Shown piece after piece: positions 29,445-39,498 of a stretch of DNA of 64,000 bases (its first letter is position 1; the number at the start of each line of letters is the position of its first letter). The notes below the pieces were generated by a model, which ran no database searches, was not told where the DNA came from, and saw only the letters and a program-made list of their open reading frames with translations. The stretch is from Nitrospirota bacterium (GTDB lineage Bacteria > Nitrospirota > UBA9217). A program made the translations under genes and the position numbers. The DNA is taken from NCBI GenBank assembly GCA_963754875.1, contig CAVWHO010000010.1, positions 32,001 through 96,000 of the forward strand. The letters run 5' to 3'.

Positions 29445-29987
29445 ATGTGCCTCGCCATTCCCTCACGGGTCATCAGTATAGAAGATCTCACAGCCACCAT
29501 CGACGTGTTCGGCGCCAGGAGGCAGGTAAGCCTCATGCTGCTTGCTGAAGAGCCGCGGATCGGGGACTATGTCCTGGTCCATGCCGGCTTCGCGATCCAG
29601 AAGCTCGAAAAAGAACGCCTCGAATCAGGAGAAATCATGCACGAAGCATCCATAGCCTTGAGCATTATCGATATTGTCCAGGCAAAATGCATGGAAGAAG
29701 GGTTAAACTCCGTGGACTCCATAAGGCTCCGGATCGGCCGTGCCGCAGGCATCCTGCCCGAAGCCCTGGTCTTCGCCTTTGACGCGTCCAAGGACACCAC
29801 CATAGCAAAGAACGCAAAGCTCGTGATCGAGACCGTGCCTGTAGGGGGAACCTGCAAAGATTGCAAAAAAGAGTTTGAAGCGCCGGACAACGCCCAATAC
29901 GTGCTGTCCTGTCCCCATTGCGGCTCCACGTCCTACGAGATCACCCAGGGCCGCGAGATGGAGATCCTTGATATGGAGACGAACTGA
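29445..29987 (+). CDS. hypC-hypA: HypC-HypA in-frame fusion as assembled; internal hypA ATG at 29637
   Basis: MCLAIP...GDYVLVHAGFAI runs without a stop into MHEASIA...CKDC...CPHC...GREM. Confidence 0.85.
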   Translation: MCLAIPSRVISIEDLTATIDVFGARRQVSLMLLAEEPRIGDYVLVHAGFAIQKLEKERLESGEIMHEASIALSIIDIVQAKCMEEGLNSVDSIRLRIGRAAGILPEALVFAFDASKDTTIAKNAKLVIETVPVGGTCKDCKKEFEAPDNAQYVLSCPHCGSTSYEITQGREMEILDMETN

Positions 29988-29997
29988 TAATTTTTTC

Positions 29998-30082
29998 ACC
30001 GCAGAGGACGCAGAAGGCGCAGAGTTATCATCTTAAATCAACGCAGAATGGTCTTTCTCCGCGATCTCCGCGCCTCCGCGAG
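29998..30082. repeat. Inverted pair of ~9-nt period arrays between hypA and hypB
   Basis: ACCGCAGAGGACGCAGAAGGCGCAGAG ... CTCCGCGATCTCCGCGCCTCCGCGAG. Confidence 0.7.
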
Positions 30083-30120
30083 AGACCGGTTTTAGCTTTT
30101 CTTTTAAAGAAAGGGATTGC

Positions 30121-30765
30121 ATGAAAGTTAAGGTAGTCACTCGCATCCTCGAAGCCAACGACCGGATTGCCGAAGAAAACCGGAAACGGTTTGACGAAGC
30201 CGGTGTCTACGTCGTCAACCTCATGGGCGCGCCCGGAGCAGGGAAGACCACGCTCCTCGAGCGTACGATCAAGGCCTTGAAACCCCTTATCAAGATCGGC
30301 GTGATCGAAGGGGACATCGTGGGCACGGACGATGCCGAGAGGATCAGCGCCCTCGACATCCCGGTGGTCCAGATCAATACGGGCGGCGCCTGCCATTTGG
30401 ACGCGAACATGATTAGTGAAGTGCTGGACGAGATGCCGCTTAAAGACCTCGATCTCCTCATCATCGAGAATGTGGGGAACCTTGTCTGCCCGGCCGAATT
30501 CAAGGTCGGCGAAGACGTGAAGATGATGGTCCTGTCCGTTGCCGAGGGGCACGATAAGCCGCTCAAGTACCCGCTCATGTTCCGGGAATCCTCGGCCCTG
30601 GTCCTGAACAAGGTGGACCTCCTGCCGTACATGAACACGGACATCAACAAGATGCGGAACGATTCTTTGGCACTCAATCCGAAACTGAAGGTCTTCGAAG
30701 TCTCCTGCGCCACCGGCGCCGGGATCGACCAGTGGGCTCAATGGCTGAACGGGCTCAGATCGTAG
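30121..30765 (+). CDS. hypB: Hydrogenase nickel incorporation GTPase HypB
   Basis: GAPGAGKTT, ACHLDA, ENVGNLVCPAEF, DKPLKYP, NKVD. Confidence 0.98.
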   Translation: MKVKVVTRILEANDRIAEENRKRFDEAGVYVVNLMGAPGAGKTTLLERTIKALKPLIKIGVIEGDIVGTDDAERISALDIPVVQINTGGACHLDANMISEVLDEMPLKDLDLLIIENVGNLVCPAEFKVGEDVKMMVLSVAEGHDKPLKYPLMFRESSALVLNKVDLLPYMNTDINKMRNDSLALNPKLKVFEVSCATGAGIDQWAQWLNGLRS

Positions 30766-33164
30766 TCAAAGGCATTGTCCAGGGCGTCGGCTTCAGACCT
30801 TATGTCTACAACCTTGCCGGAGCTCTCAGCCTCAACGGTTATGTAACCAACACCAGCGAGGGCGTTTTTATCGATGTCGAGGGCGCGAGAGTGCCCGAAT
30901 TCATCCAGCGTCTTCGGATTGAAGCCCCTCCGCTTTCCCGGATCACCGATATCTCCGTAACGCCGCTGACCGTGCACGGTTACCGCGATTTTACTATTCA
31001 AAAAAGTCTCGACCAAACCGCAAAACTGCCGTTCACGCTTGTATCTCCCGATGTGTCAATCTGTGACGCTTGCCTGCACGAGATGCTTGATCCCCTTGAT
31101 CGCCGTTATCTCTATCCGTTCATCAACTGCACGAATTGCGGGCCGCGGTACTCCATAACACGAGCAATACCCTACGACAGGCCGAACACGACCATGTCGA
31201 GCTTCGCTCTGTGTCCGTACTGCCGGAAGGAATATGATGATCCGGGTAACCGGAGGTTCCATGCTCAGCCCAACGCGTGCCCGAGCTGCGGGCCGGAAGT
31301 CGAATTCAAGGTCCAGAGTTCCCAGTTCGGAGTAAAAGGAACTGAGGCGATACAAAAAACCATCCAGCTCTTAAGGCAAGGAGGCATTGTTGCCGTCAAA
31401 GGCTTGGGCGGTTTTCATATTGCCTGCGATGCAACGAACGACGATGCGGTCGAGCGATTACGTGAGAAGAAAAGGAAGAGCAATAAACCCTTTGCCGTCA
31501 TGTCCTTTGACATTCAACACATAGAGCAATTTAGTTTCTCTTCAGATAGGGAAAGAGAAATTCTACTGTCGAACCGGCGACCTATTGTCTTGTTACGCAA
31601 AAAAGACAATGGCACGCTTTCCACTGCCGTAGCGCCTAATAATAAATATGTGGGGACCATGCTGCCCTACACACCCTTGCATTACTTGCTTTTTTCTCAA
31701 CCTCTTGGAGCTCGATCGGCCGTAAATATGCCGCATTTTCTCGCTTTGGTTATGACAAGCGGCAATCTGTCCGAAGAGCCGATCGTACGGGACAACAGCG
31801 AAGCTATGCAGAAGCTGTCCCCTATCGTGGATGGTTTCCTCGATCACAATAGGGAGATTTTCATGAGACTCGATGATTCGGTCGTTCGGGTGAGAAGCTC
31901 GGTGTGTGACGAGCGCAGTGATGCCACCTCAGAACTCAGTCCTCAGAGCACAGAGCTTATGTTTATTCGTCGCTCCCGCGGATATGCGCCTGACCCGATA
32001 GCACTTCACGATGACGGACCCGAGGTCCTCGGCTGCGGTGCGGACCTGAAAAATACTTTCACCTTGACGAAAGGAAAATTTGCCGTTCCCAGTCAGCACA
32101 TCGGAGATATGGAAAACTTCGAGACCTTGAAGTTTTATGAAGAATGCCTGACGAACCTCAAAGCCGTTTACCGGGCAGACCCAAAAACATTGGTACACGA
32201 TCTGCATCCTGGGTATTTGTCGACGCGATGGGCAGTGGAGCGGAAAACGAGAGATTCGACAGTGAAGCTCTTTGCGATTCAACACCATTATGCTCATATT
32301 GGATCAGTAATGGCAGAGCACGGTTTAACGCAAAAAGTGATCGGCGTTGCCTTTGACGGGACCGGCTATGGCACTGACGGCAATCTTTGGGGAGGGGAGT
32401 TTTTCGTGGCCGATATCGATGGCTTCGAAAGGGAGGGGCATTTTAAGTATGTCGCGCTTCCTGGAGGCGAAGCAGCAATCAGAGAACCCTGGAAAACTGC
32501 GGTGAGCTTTGTTATGGCTGCAGCGGCAGGTGACAAAGCCCGGGAGTATCTGCAGCGAGCAGGATTCTTTCATAAATACGGAAAGGAAAGCATTGAGCAG
32601 GTCATGCTTGTCGCCCGCTCTCCCGAGTTCTCTCCACTCTCGTCAGGCGCGGGGAGGCTGTTCGATGCTGTTTCTGCCCTGATTGGCGTCTGTGACCTCA
32701 ATACCTTCGAAGGAGAGGCGGCCATGGCCCTTGAGTCTTTGACGCAAGAGGGGATTGCCGAAGAGTATGATGTTGAGTTCACCTTGAAGAATGAGTACAC
32801 TGTCATCGATTATGCACCGACCTTTGTGGGGATAATCGATGACCTGGACCAAAATGTCGCAAAGGAAATAATTGCCACAAAGTTTCATAATACTGTTGCG
32901 TCGGTCGTTCGTTCCATGGTCAGACGTGTGCATGACAAAACCGGGCTCAGTGTCGTGGCTTTGAGCGGCGGTACCTTTCAGAACCGTTATCTTTTGCAGA
33001 GGCTTTCGTCAGTGCTGTACCAGGAAGGTTTTACTGTTATGACGAATCAGAATGTTCCCTGTAACGATGCTTGCATCTCTCTCGGCCAGGCATATCTCGT
33101 CAGGGAACGGCTCAAAAAACAATTGCCCTCTTTGGAGGGGCAGAGGAAGCCGACGGGAGTCTGA
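30741..33164 (+). CDS. hypF: Carbamoyltransferase HypF
   Basis: GIVQGVGFRP acylphosphatase domain, Zn fingers, CTNCGPRYS, KGLGGFH, QHHYAH, ND..ISLGQ. Confidence 0.98.
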   Translation: MAERAQIVVKGIVQGVGFRPYVYNLAGALSLNGYVTNTSEGVFIDVEGARVPEFIQRLRIEAPPLSRITDISVTPLTVHGYRDFTIQKSLDQTAKLPFTLVSPDVSICDACLHEMLDPLDRRYLYPFINCTNCGPRYSITRAIPYDRPNTTMSSFALCPYCRKEYDDPGNRRFHAQPNACPSCGPEVEFKVQSSQFGVKGTEAIQKTIQLLRQGGIVAVKGLGGFHIACDATNDDAVERLREKKRKSNKPFAVMSFDIQHIEQFSFSSDREREILLSNRRPIVLLRKKDNGTLSTAVAPNNKYVGTMLPYTPLHYLLFSQPLGARSAVNMPHFLALVMTSGNLSEEPIVRDNSEAMQKLSPIVDGFLDHNREIFMRLDDSVVRVRSSVCDERSDATSELSPQSTELMFIRRSRGYAPDPIALHDDGPEVLGCGADLKNTFTLTKGKFAVPSQHIGDMENFETLKFYEECLTNLKAVYRADPKTLVHDLHPGYLSTRWAVERKTRDSTVKLFAIQHHYAHIGSVMAEHGLTQKVIGVAFDGTGYGTDGNLWGGEFFVADIDGFEREGHFKYVALPGGEAAIREPWKTAVSFVMAAAAGDKAREYLQRAGFFHKYGKESIEQVMLVARSPEFSPLSSGAGRLFDAVSALIGVCDLNTFEGEAAMALESLTQEGIAEEYDVEFTLKNEYTVIDYAPTFVGIIDDLDQNVAKEIIATKFHNTVASVVRSMVRRVHDKTGLSVVALSGGTFQNRYLLQRLSSVLYQEGFTVMTNQNVPCNDACISLGQAYLVRERLKKQLPSLEGQRKPTGV

Positions 33165-33360
33165 AAGAGTCGGCAAGTTAATCACCCTATCGGTCAGCAG
33201 GCAGGTCAAGGGGTTCATACCTGTGGCCGGTGATGGTTCTGGACTGATAATATCCATGTTTTTTTGCTGCTTTAAAATACCGCAAAGAAAGATAAGAAAA
33301 TCCAGAAATATGATATAATATGGCCCATTGCAGAGGATATACTGGAACAAAGGGGAGGAT

Positions 33361-33576
33361 ATGCCTGATATTCAAGATATGATCGGGAGAAAAGTGGACG
33401 TTTTCGCAAACGGAATAATCTACAGCGGAGAGTTGATTGAAGTTTCGGATGTCGAAGTGTATCTTAAGGGGTCGATGCAGTGGCTTTCGCTGCCGGCGTC
33501 ATCAATAAGCGAGATACGGTTGGCAGAACCCGGACCGTCGAGAATTGAATTGTCAAACGAACTGAAAGAAAAGTAA
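33361..33576 (+). CDS. Small hypothetical protein, probable Sm-like fold
   Basis: Strong SD GGGGAGG; MIGRKVDV....YSGELIEV....VYL...LP.SSI..I pattern. Confidence 0.6.
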   Translation: MPDIQDMIGRKVDVFANGIIYSGELIEVSDVEVYLKGSMQWLSLPASSISEIRLAEPGPSRIELSNELKEK

Positions 33577-33687
33577 ACACTCAAGAGGCAATCCACAGTC
33601 ATTCTGTATCTTCCCCCGCGCAATCATCCCGCGATCTATTTTAAAATTCGTTATTTGGTTTCGACGTATCTGCCGAGGAGCACTTAA

Positions 33688-35676
33688 TTGAAAGCTGAAG
33701 ACCAATTGGAATCAATCTTAAAGCGAACATCACAGTGGAGCTTTTTAATAACAGCGGGTATCGGTTCCGCATCTCTACTCGGATGGATATCCGGCGTCAT
33801 CATAGTCACGAGCATCAGCCGCAATTATGCACCGATAGCGCCGAGCACTGCATTATGTTTCCTGGTGCTGGGCGCTTCCCTGTTTGCTTATTCTCGCAAC
33901 CCTAGGAATACAGTCAGGCGGATGGTAGTCACGGTCGGCGCATTCCTCGTTTTTTTGTTTTCCGTGATAGTACTGGTCGGCATTTCCCTCGGCACGAAAT
34001 TTGAAGTCGAACATCTGGGTATGCAGTTACCGCCATCGGGGACATCTATTCCTGCAGGATATATGTCCCCCATTACCGGGATGGCCTTTTTTGCGGTAAC
34101 ATTAGACATTCTGTTTTTCGTGTTCTCCTTTGAAAGGGGAAAAAAATTCAAACAAGCAGCGGCGCTCATTGCAACGGTTGTGAGCCTGACCGGTTTTGTC
34201 GTCATTCTGGGCTATGTATACGGAACGCCTCTTTTATACGGCGGGAGCATAATACCGGTGGCTCTTCCCACTGCGCTGGCTTTCGTGTCCCTTGGTTTAG
34301 GAATGATAACCGCTGCAGGACCGGATGTCCTGCCTGTCCGGGAGTTTGCCGGGCCCTCTGTCCGCAGCCGGCTCATGAGGGCTTTTTTCCCTGCAATTAT
34401 CATCTATGTAATTATCGATGGCTTGCTGTATAAGACAGAACTCACTCGAACAGGCAATCCCGCACTTAAGGCATCTTTCATCGCCCTTCTCTCCATCATA
34501 GTCGTCGGTGTCATTATATCAAGAATTGCAAAAGTAATCGGGAACGAATTAGATCGAGCACATGTTGAACGAGAAAAGGCGGAAACTGAACTACGGTTCC
34601 TCGCTGCGATCATTAAAAATCTTCCCGATGCTGTATGCGCAATTGATCTTAACGAGATAACGATCGCTTGGAACAGCGCGGCCGAGAAGCTTTTGGGGTA
34701 TAAGGCTGAAGAAATCATCGGAAAACCGGTAACAACGATTATCCCTGAAGAAATAGCCCAGAAGGAGCTTGAGCACTGCCTGTCTATTTTGAACGCCGAA
34801 GGGGGCTTCTCAGGTTATGAATCGGTGCGGCTCACGAAGGATGGCAGGAGGGTCCCCGTTGAGTTGACCGGTGTGGCGATTAGGGATAAAGCACAAAATA
34901 TCACAAGCTATGCTTCAATCATGGTAGATATCACCAACCGCAAAACAGCGGAAGATGAACGCCTTAAAAGTCACGTCCTTGAGTCGATTGGTATTCTTGC
35001 AGGCGGAATTGCCCATGATTTTAATAACCTGCTCACCGCAATTCTCGGTAATATCACCGTCGCCAAGATGTTTGTGCAGCCAGCCGATAAGGCATTCAGC
35101 CGATTAGCCGACGCAGAACAGGTATGTCTTATTGCAGGTCAACTCAGCCAGCGCCTGCTTACCTTTGCCTCCGGCGGATATCCCGTAAGAAAAATAGCGG
35201 AGCTGTCGGGTTTGATCAAGGAGACCGGCGACACGATTCTTGATGGCTCAAATATTTCTTTTGATTTTATTTGGCCAGATGACCTCTACCCTCTTGCAAT
35301 AGATGAAGGACAAATGCAGCAGGTCTTCAACAATCTGGTAACCAATGCAAGGGAAGCCATGCCGAACGGAGGACGGCTAACGGTTCGAGGAGAGAACCTC
35401 AATATCGCAGCACAAGACAACATGCCTCTTCAGGAGGGCTACTACGTAAAGATATCGATCCGTGATACCGGAGCGGGCATGTCCGAGGAAAATCTGGCAA
35501 GGGTTTTCGACCCCTATTTTTCAACCAAAGATACCTACAGCCAGAAAGGTCTCGGACTGGGACTTGCGGTCTGCTATTCCATTATCAAAAGACATGATGG
35601 TTTGATTACTGTCGCTTCAGAGGTTGGCAAAGGCACTACCTTTACCATTTATATCCCAGCAGCAGGCTACAAATAA
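33688..35676 (+). CDS. Multi-TM PAS sensor histidine kinase
   Basis: About 7 TM segments, PAS WNSAAEKLLGY, H-box GGIAHDFNNLL, NLVTNA, DTGAG, GLGLGL. Confidence 0.93.
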   Translation: MKAEDQLESILKRTSQWSFLITAGIGSASLLGWISGVIIVTSISRNYAPIAPSTALCFLVLGASLFAYSRNPRNTVRRMVVTVGAFLVFLFSVIVLVGISLGTKFEVEHLGMQLPPSGTSIPAGYMSPITGMAFFAVTLDILFFVFSFERGKKFKQAAALIATVVSLTGFVVILGYVYGTPLLYGGSIIPVALPTALAFVSLGLGMITAAGPDVLPVREFAGPSVRSRLMRAFFPAIIIYVIIDGLLYKTELTRTGNPALKASFIALLSIIVVGVIISRIAKVIGNELDRAHVEREKAETELRFLAAIIKNLPDAVCAIDLNEITIAWNSAAEKLLGYKAEEIIGKPVTTIIPEEIAQKELEHCLSILNAEGGFSGYESVRLTKDGRRVPVELTGVAIRDKAQNITSYASIMVDITNRKTAEDERLKSHVLESIGILAGGIAHDFNNLLTAILGNITVAKMFVQPADKAFSRLADAEQVCLIAGQLSQRLLTFASGGYPVRKIAELSGLIKETGDTILDGSNISFDFIWPDDLYPLAIDEGQMQQVFNNLVTNAREAMPNGGRLTVRGENLNIAAQDNMPLQEGYYVKISIRDTGAGMSEENLARVFDPYFSTKDTYSQKGLGLGLAVCYSIIKRHDGLITVASEVGKGTTFTIYIPAAGYK

Positions 35677-35728
35677 TCCTTGTCCAAGAGACCGTCTGAG
35701 AAGTATTGACAACGACCCGTCTTTTTCA

Positions 35729-37087
35729 TCATGCCGTTTCTATCCTGAGCTTTTTCAGTTTTCGGTACAACGTCGCAAGATCGATCCCCAGTTTGCCGGC
35801 AGCGGCTTCCTTGCTCCCTTTGCTTTCCGCCATACTTCTTCGGATATACTCGCGCTCGAATTCATCAAGTGCATGCCTGAGCGATGATGTGGAAACTCCT
35901 TCAATATCCAGTGTTCTGAACTTGTCCGGGAGATCGTGGATGGTAATCATCTCTCCGTCCGCGAGCACGGTCGCCCGCTCAATGGTGTTCCGAAGCTCTC
36001 GGACATTTCCCGGCCAGTCGTAAGCGAGCAAGGCTTGCATGGCTTCATAGTCGATGTCCTTGATTTTTTTTTCCGCTTCTTTTGCGGAGATGTCCAGATA
36101 ATGCTTGATGAGTACCGGGATATCATCGCGACGCTCGCGCAGGGCCGGCATCCGTATCTCGATCACGTTCAAGCGATAATAGAGGTCCTCCCTGAACCGT
36201 CCTTCTTTAACACGCTGCATGAGATCGGCATTTGTGGCTGCGACGATTCTTACATCGACGGCGATGACCCGGGTGTCCCCGACCGGCGTCAGTTCTTTCG
36301 TCTGGATCACGTGCAGCAGTTTGACTTGAAGCGCCTGCGGCAGTTCGCCGATCTCATCGAGAAAAAGTGTGCCGCTGGACGCCATGGTAATGAGGCCTTT
36401 CTTGTCCTCGTTGGCGGAAGTAAAGGCGCCTTTTTTGTGGCCGAACAGTTCGCTTTCGAGCAGGTTCTCGGGTATGGCGCCGCAATTGATGGATATAAAC
36501 GGTTTGCCTTTTCTCGGCCCGGCCTCGTGGATCGCCTGCGCAACCAGACCTTTGCCGGTCCCGCTTTCTCCCGTGATCAGGATGTTGCTCTTGTTCGGGA
36601 TCACTTTCTCCATGAACGTAAAGACTTTCTGCATGGGTTCGGAATTGCCGATGATCTTCGCGAATCCCTCACGCCGCTGGCTCAGCTCCTGGCGTAAAAT
36701 CTGATTTTCCATCTGGAGTGCACGGCTCTGGAGGATACGTTTGATCGTCATCCTGATTTCGTCATTGATGAAGGGCTTCGTGACGTAATCCACGGCCCCG
36801 GAGCGCATTGCTTCAACTGCCGAGCCTACCGATGCGAAAGCAGTCATCATGATTACGGAGGTTTCGGGGCATATCTTCTGCACTTGATGGAGGACCTCAA
36901 ACCCGTCCTTTTTCTCCATCCTGATATCGGTCATGATGATATCGAAGTTTTCCTTCTGGATACGGTCGATGGCCTGCTCGCCGTTGTATGCCTCTTTGAC
37001 AACATACCCTTCCTTCGTAAGCAAGATGTTCAGGGCCATACAGATGTCTTTTTCGTCGTCAACGACCAAAATGTTAGGTTTTTCCAT
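35729..37087 (-). CDS. Sigma54-dependent NtrC-family response regulator
   Basis: Receiver domain, GESGTGK, ESELFGHKKGAFT, WPGNVREL, Fis-type HTH. Confidence 0.96.
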   Translation of the reverse strand: MEKPNILVVDDEKDICMALNILLTKEGYVVKEAYNGEQAIDRIQKENFDIIMTDIRMEKKDGFEVLHQVQKICPETSVIMMTAFASVGSAVEAMRSGAVDYVTKPFINDEIRMTIKRILQSRALQMENQILRQELSQRREGFAKIIGNSEPMQKVFTFMEKVIPNKSNILITGESGTGKGLVAQAIHEAGPRKGKPFISINCGAIPENLLESELFGHKKGAFTSANEDKKGLITMASSGTLFLDEIGELPQALQVKLLHVIQTKELTPVGDTRVIAVDVRIVAATNADLMQRVKEGRFREDLYYRLNVIEIRMPALRERRDDIPVLIKHYLDISAKEAEKKIKDIDYEAMQALLAYDWPGNVRELRNTIERATVLADGEMITIHDLPDKFRTLDIEGVSTSSLRHALDEFEREYIRRSMAESKGSKEAAAGKLGIDLATLYRKLKKLRIETA

Positions 37088-37099
37088 CGATACCGCTCC

Positions 37100-39343
37100 T
37101 TATGCTCGTTCATTTGCGATCGGCAGGAGGATCGTAAACATCGTGCCTTTTCCGACTTCGCTTTCCACGTGGATATCTCCTTTGAATCGCTTGACGATGT
37201 CGTAGCTCAGGGAGAGGCCGAGGCCCGTTCCTTTGCCCGCTTCCTTGGTCGTGAAGAATGGGTCGAAGATCTTCTGAAGCTCGCTCTGGGGAATCCCCAT
37301 CCCCGAGTCTGCAAAGGTTATGACGATGGCTTTATGGCCGCGATCGTCCTCACCGGGCCGGGACTCGACCTTCAGTTCGCCGCCGTTCGGCATGGCGTCA
37401 AAGGCATTGAGAATAATATTAATGAAGACCTGCGACATCTGGCCTTCGTCGATCATGATCCTCGGCAAACCGGGATCGAGAGACACCCTAATCTCGACGG
37501 AACTCTTCAGGCGTTTGTCGAGCCGCATCAGGTCAAGTGTTGAATTCAGGACATCGTTCAACTGTACTTCCCTGATGTTCAGTGCGTCCGCCCGCGCAAA
37601 AGTTGCCATGCGCCGAACAATGTCGGTAATTCGCTGGATATGATTGTTGATGACATCGAGGCTGTTCTTCGTGAAGTCGTCCTGTGTCGTCTCCCTCACT
37701 AACTGGGCAAACGTGGAAATAGAGGTGAGGGGATTCCCGATCTCATGGGCCACGCCTGCAGCAAGCCTCCCCAGCGCGGCGAGCTTTTCGGAATGAAGAA
37801 CCTGCTGCTCGAGTTTCCTTGCCGTGGCAGTTCCCCGGTCGACCTTATCTTCGAGTTCGACGGTATACTTTTTGAGGGCTTCTTCGAGGTGCACTCGTTT
37901 CGTTACGTTGGTGCTCGTGATCAGGATGCCGGGAACTTTGCCGTCGATGAGGAGGGGATTGGTGTTCATGGTCAGAAAAACGGGCGTGTCCTGCCAGCCT
38001 GTTATCTTATAGTCCTTCAGCTCAAAACTCCTGCCGTTAAGCGTCTTATGCAGGATTTCGTTAATGGGGATGCCGTTATACGGCGTGAGTTGATCGGTAA
38101 ACAGCGAGAAAAAAGACTTGCCGATCATCTGTTCCTTCGGACGGCCGCACGTCTGCGCCTGGGCGGTGTTGACTGTTCTGACAGAGAGGTCCTTGTCCAG
38201 GACCATAAGATTCGTTCTGGTATTCTCAATGATGTTTTCCAGGTACTCTTTTGCAATTACGATCTCCTGCTCCAGGCGGCGATGGTTTTCGAGGTGCTTC
38301 TCTTTTTCCTCTGCCATGACCTTTTTTTTGTTGGCAACAATGGTGGCTCCGGAGGCAACGAGAGTCGTAATAAAGATTGAAGTGATCAGGAGGGTGTAAA
38401 AAAGCCTGCTTTGCCGCATGAGGTCTATGACATCGGAGTAGGGTGCAGAGACCACGACGATCCAGGACTTTTGCAGGATCGGGAGTTTGTAGAATGCGGC
38501 GAGTTTGTTCTCGCCTCCCGGTGCCACGTAGTAACCGAACGTCTCTTCTTTGCCTTCGATCATTTTTTTTTCGGTATCGAATGACCGGTGACATTTGAAG
38601 CAGGACTTGTCTGTATGGTAGAGATTTTTGCCTACCATCTGGGGCTGGGTGGGATGATAGAGCAGCGTGCCGTCACTGTCCATCATCCAGGCATACCCGC
38701 GTCTTCCGGACTTAATAGGGGCAAGAAAGCGTGAGGTGAGGCCGTCCATCGAGAGCGCGGCGAGAACGACCCCGTTAAATTCCTGTGCAGACCGATTTTC
38801 CCGCTTTTGGTAGATCGGAACTGCAATGATGAACTCTTTCGTATCCTCGCCGGTGTCATGAATCTCGAGAAGGTCGGTAATGAGTTTTTCATTCTTCGGG
38901 AGCACTCGCGCCCTTTTGAAGTAATCTGTTTTCGACAAGTCCACCCGTTCTTTCTCGGGATAGGCGCTGTCATAACGAATAATACCGTTCCGGTCGAGGA
39001 CGCGGATAGTAACGAGCGCTTCATTCTGGAGGCTGTAGGTGATCGACTCGACTGCGGAATGAACACGGCGGTTCTCGTCGATTCGGTCAATCTGCGGCAG
39101 CTGAGAGATCGCGCGGATGGTTTTGTATACGTGGTTGGTGACACTCTCTATGTTCATGGCCACTTCACGTGACAGCAGCAGCTGCTGTTTGTTGAATTGT
39201 TCCGCCATTTCCGATTGCAGCGATTGGTGAAAGAATTGTCCGAGAATGATGATGAGCGAGAGGACGACGATGAGGACTAAAACCAACCCCGTGGGAGAGA
39301 GGAGTTCTTTTTGCTTGAGGGCGCTGATAAAACGTTGAAACAT
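37100..39343 (-). CDS. Cache-domain/PAS sensor histidine kinase with periplasmic CxxCH
   Basis: Two TM segments flank a Cache region (GYAWMMDSDGTLLYHP) containing CFKCH; AHEIGNPL; GTGLGL. Confidence 0.93.
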   Translation of the reverse strand: MFQRFISALKQKELLSPTGLVLVLIVVLSLIIILGQFFHQSLQSEMAEQFNKQQLLLSREVAMNIESVTNHVYKTIRAISQLPQIDRIDENRRVHSAVESITYSLQNEALVTIRVLDRNGIIRYDSAYPEKERVDLSKTDYFKRARVLPKNEKLITDLLEIHDTGEDTKEFIIAVPIYQKRENRSAQEFNGVVLAALSMDGLTSRFLAPIKSGRRGYAWMMDSDGTLLYHPTQPQMVGKNLYHTDKSCFKCHRSFDTEKKMIEGKEETFGYYVAPGGENKLAAFYKLPILQKSWIVVVSAPYSDVIDLMRQSRLFYTLLITSIFITTLVASGATIVANKKKVMAEEKEKHLENHRRLEQEIVIAKEYLENIIENTRTNLMVLDKDLSVRTVNTAQAQTCGRPKEQMIGKSFFSLFTDQLTPYNGIPINEILHKTLNGRSFELKDYKITGWQDTPVFLTMNTNPLLIDGKVPGILITSTNVTKRVHLEEALKKYTVELEDKVDRGTATARKLEQQVLHSEKLAALGRLAAGVAHEIGNPLTSISTFAQLVRETTQDDFTKNSLDVINNHIQRITDIVRRMATFARADALNIREVQLNDVLNSTLDLMRLDKRLKSSVEIRVSLDPGLPRIMIDEGQMSQVFINIILNAFDAMPNGGELKVESRPGEDDRGHKAIVITFADSGMGIPQSELQKIFDPFFTTKEAGKGTGLGLSLSYDIVKRFKGDIHVESEVGKGTMFTILLPIANERA

Positions 39344-39498
39344 GGATTAATTTACTGCGAAAACAGGAGGGAAGTCAAGGAGGAAAAGGCAGCTGGTTGC
39401 ATCCTGCCCTGTCAGCTCGTAAGGGTTTTCCTAAGAAAGTTTATCCCGCATTTAAACACTGTTCAACTCTTCGTCTTCCCGGGAGATTGGCGTTGAGA

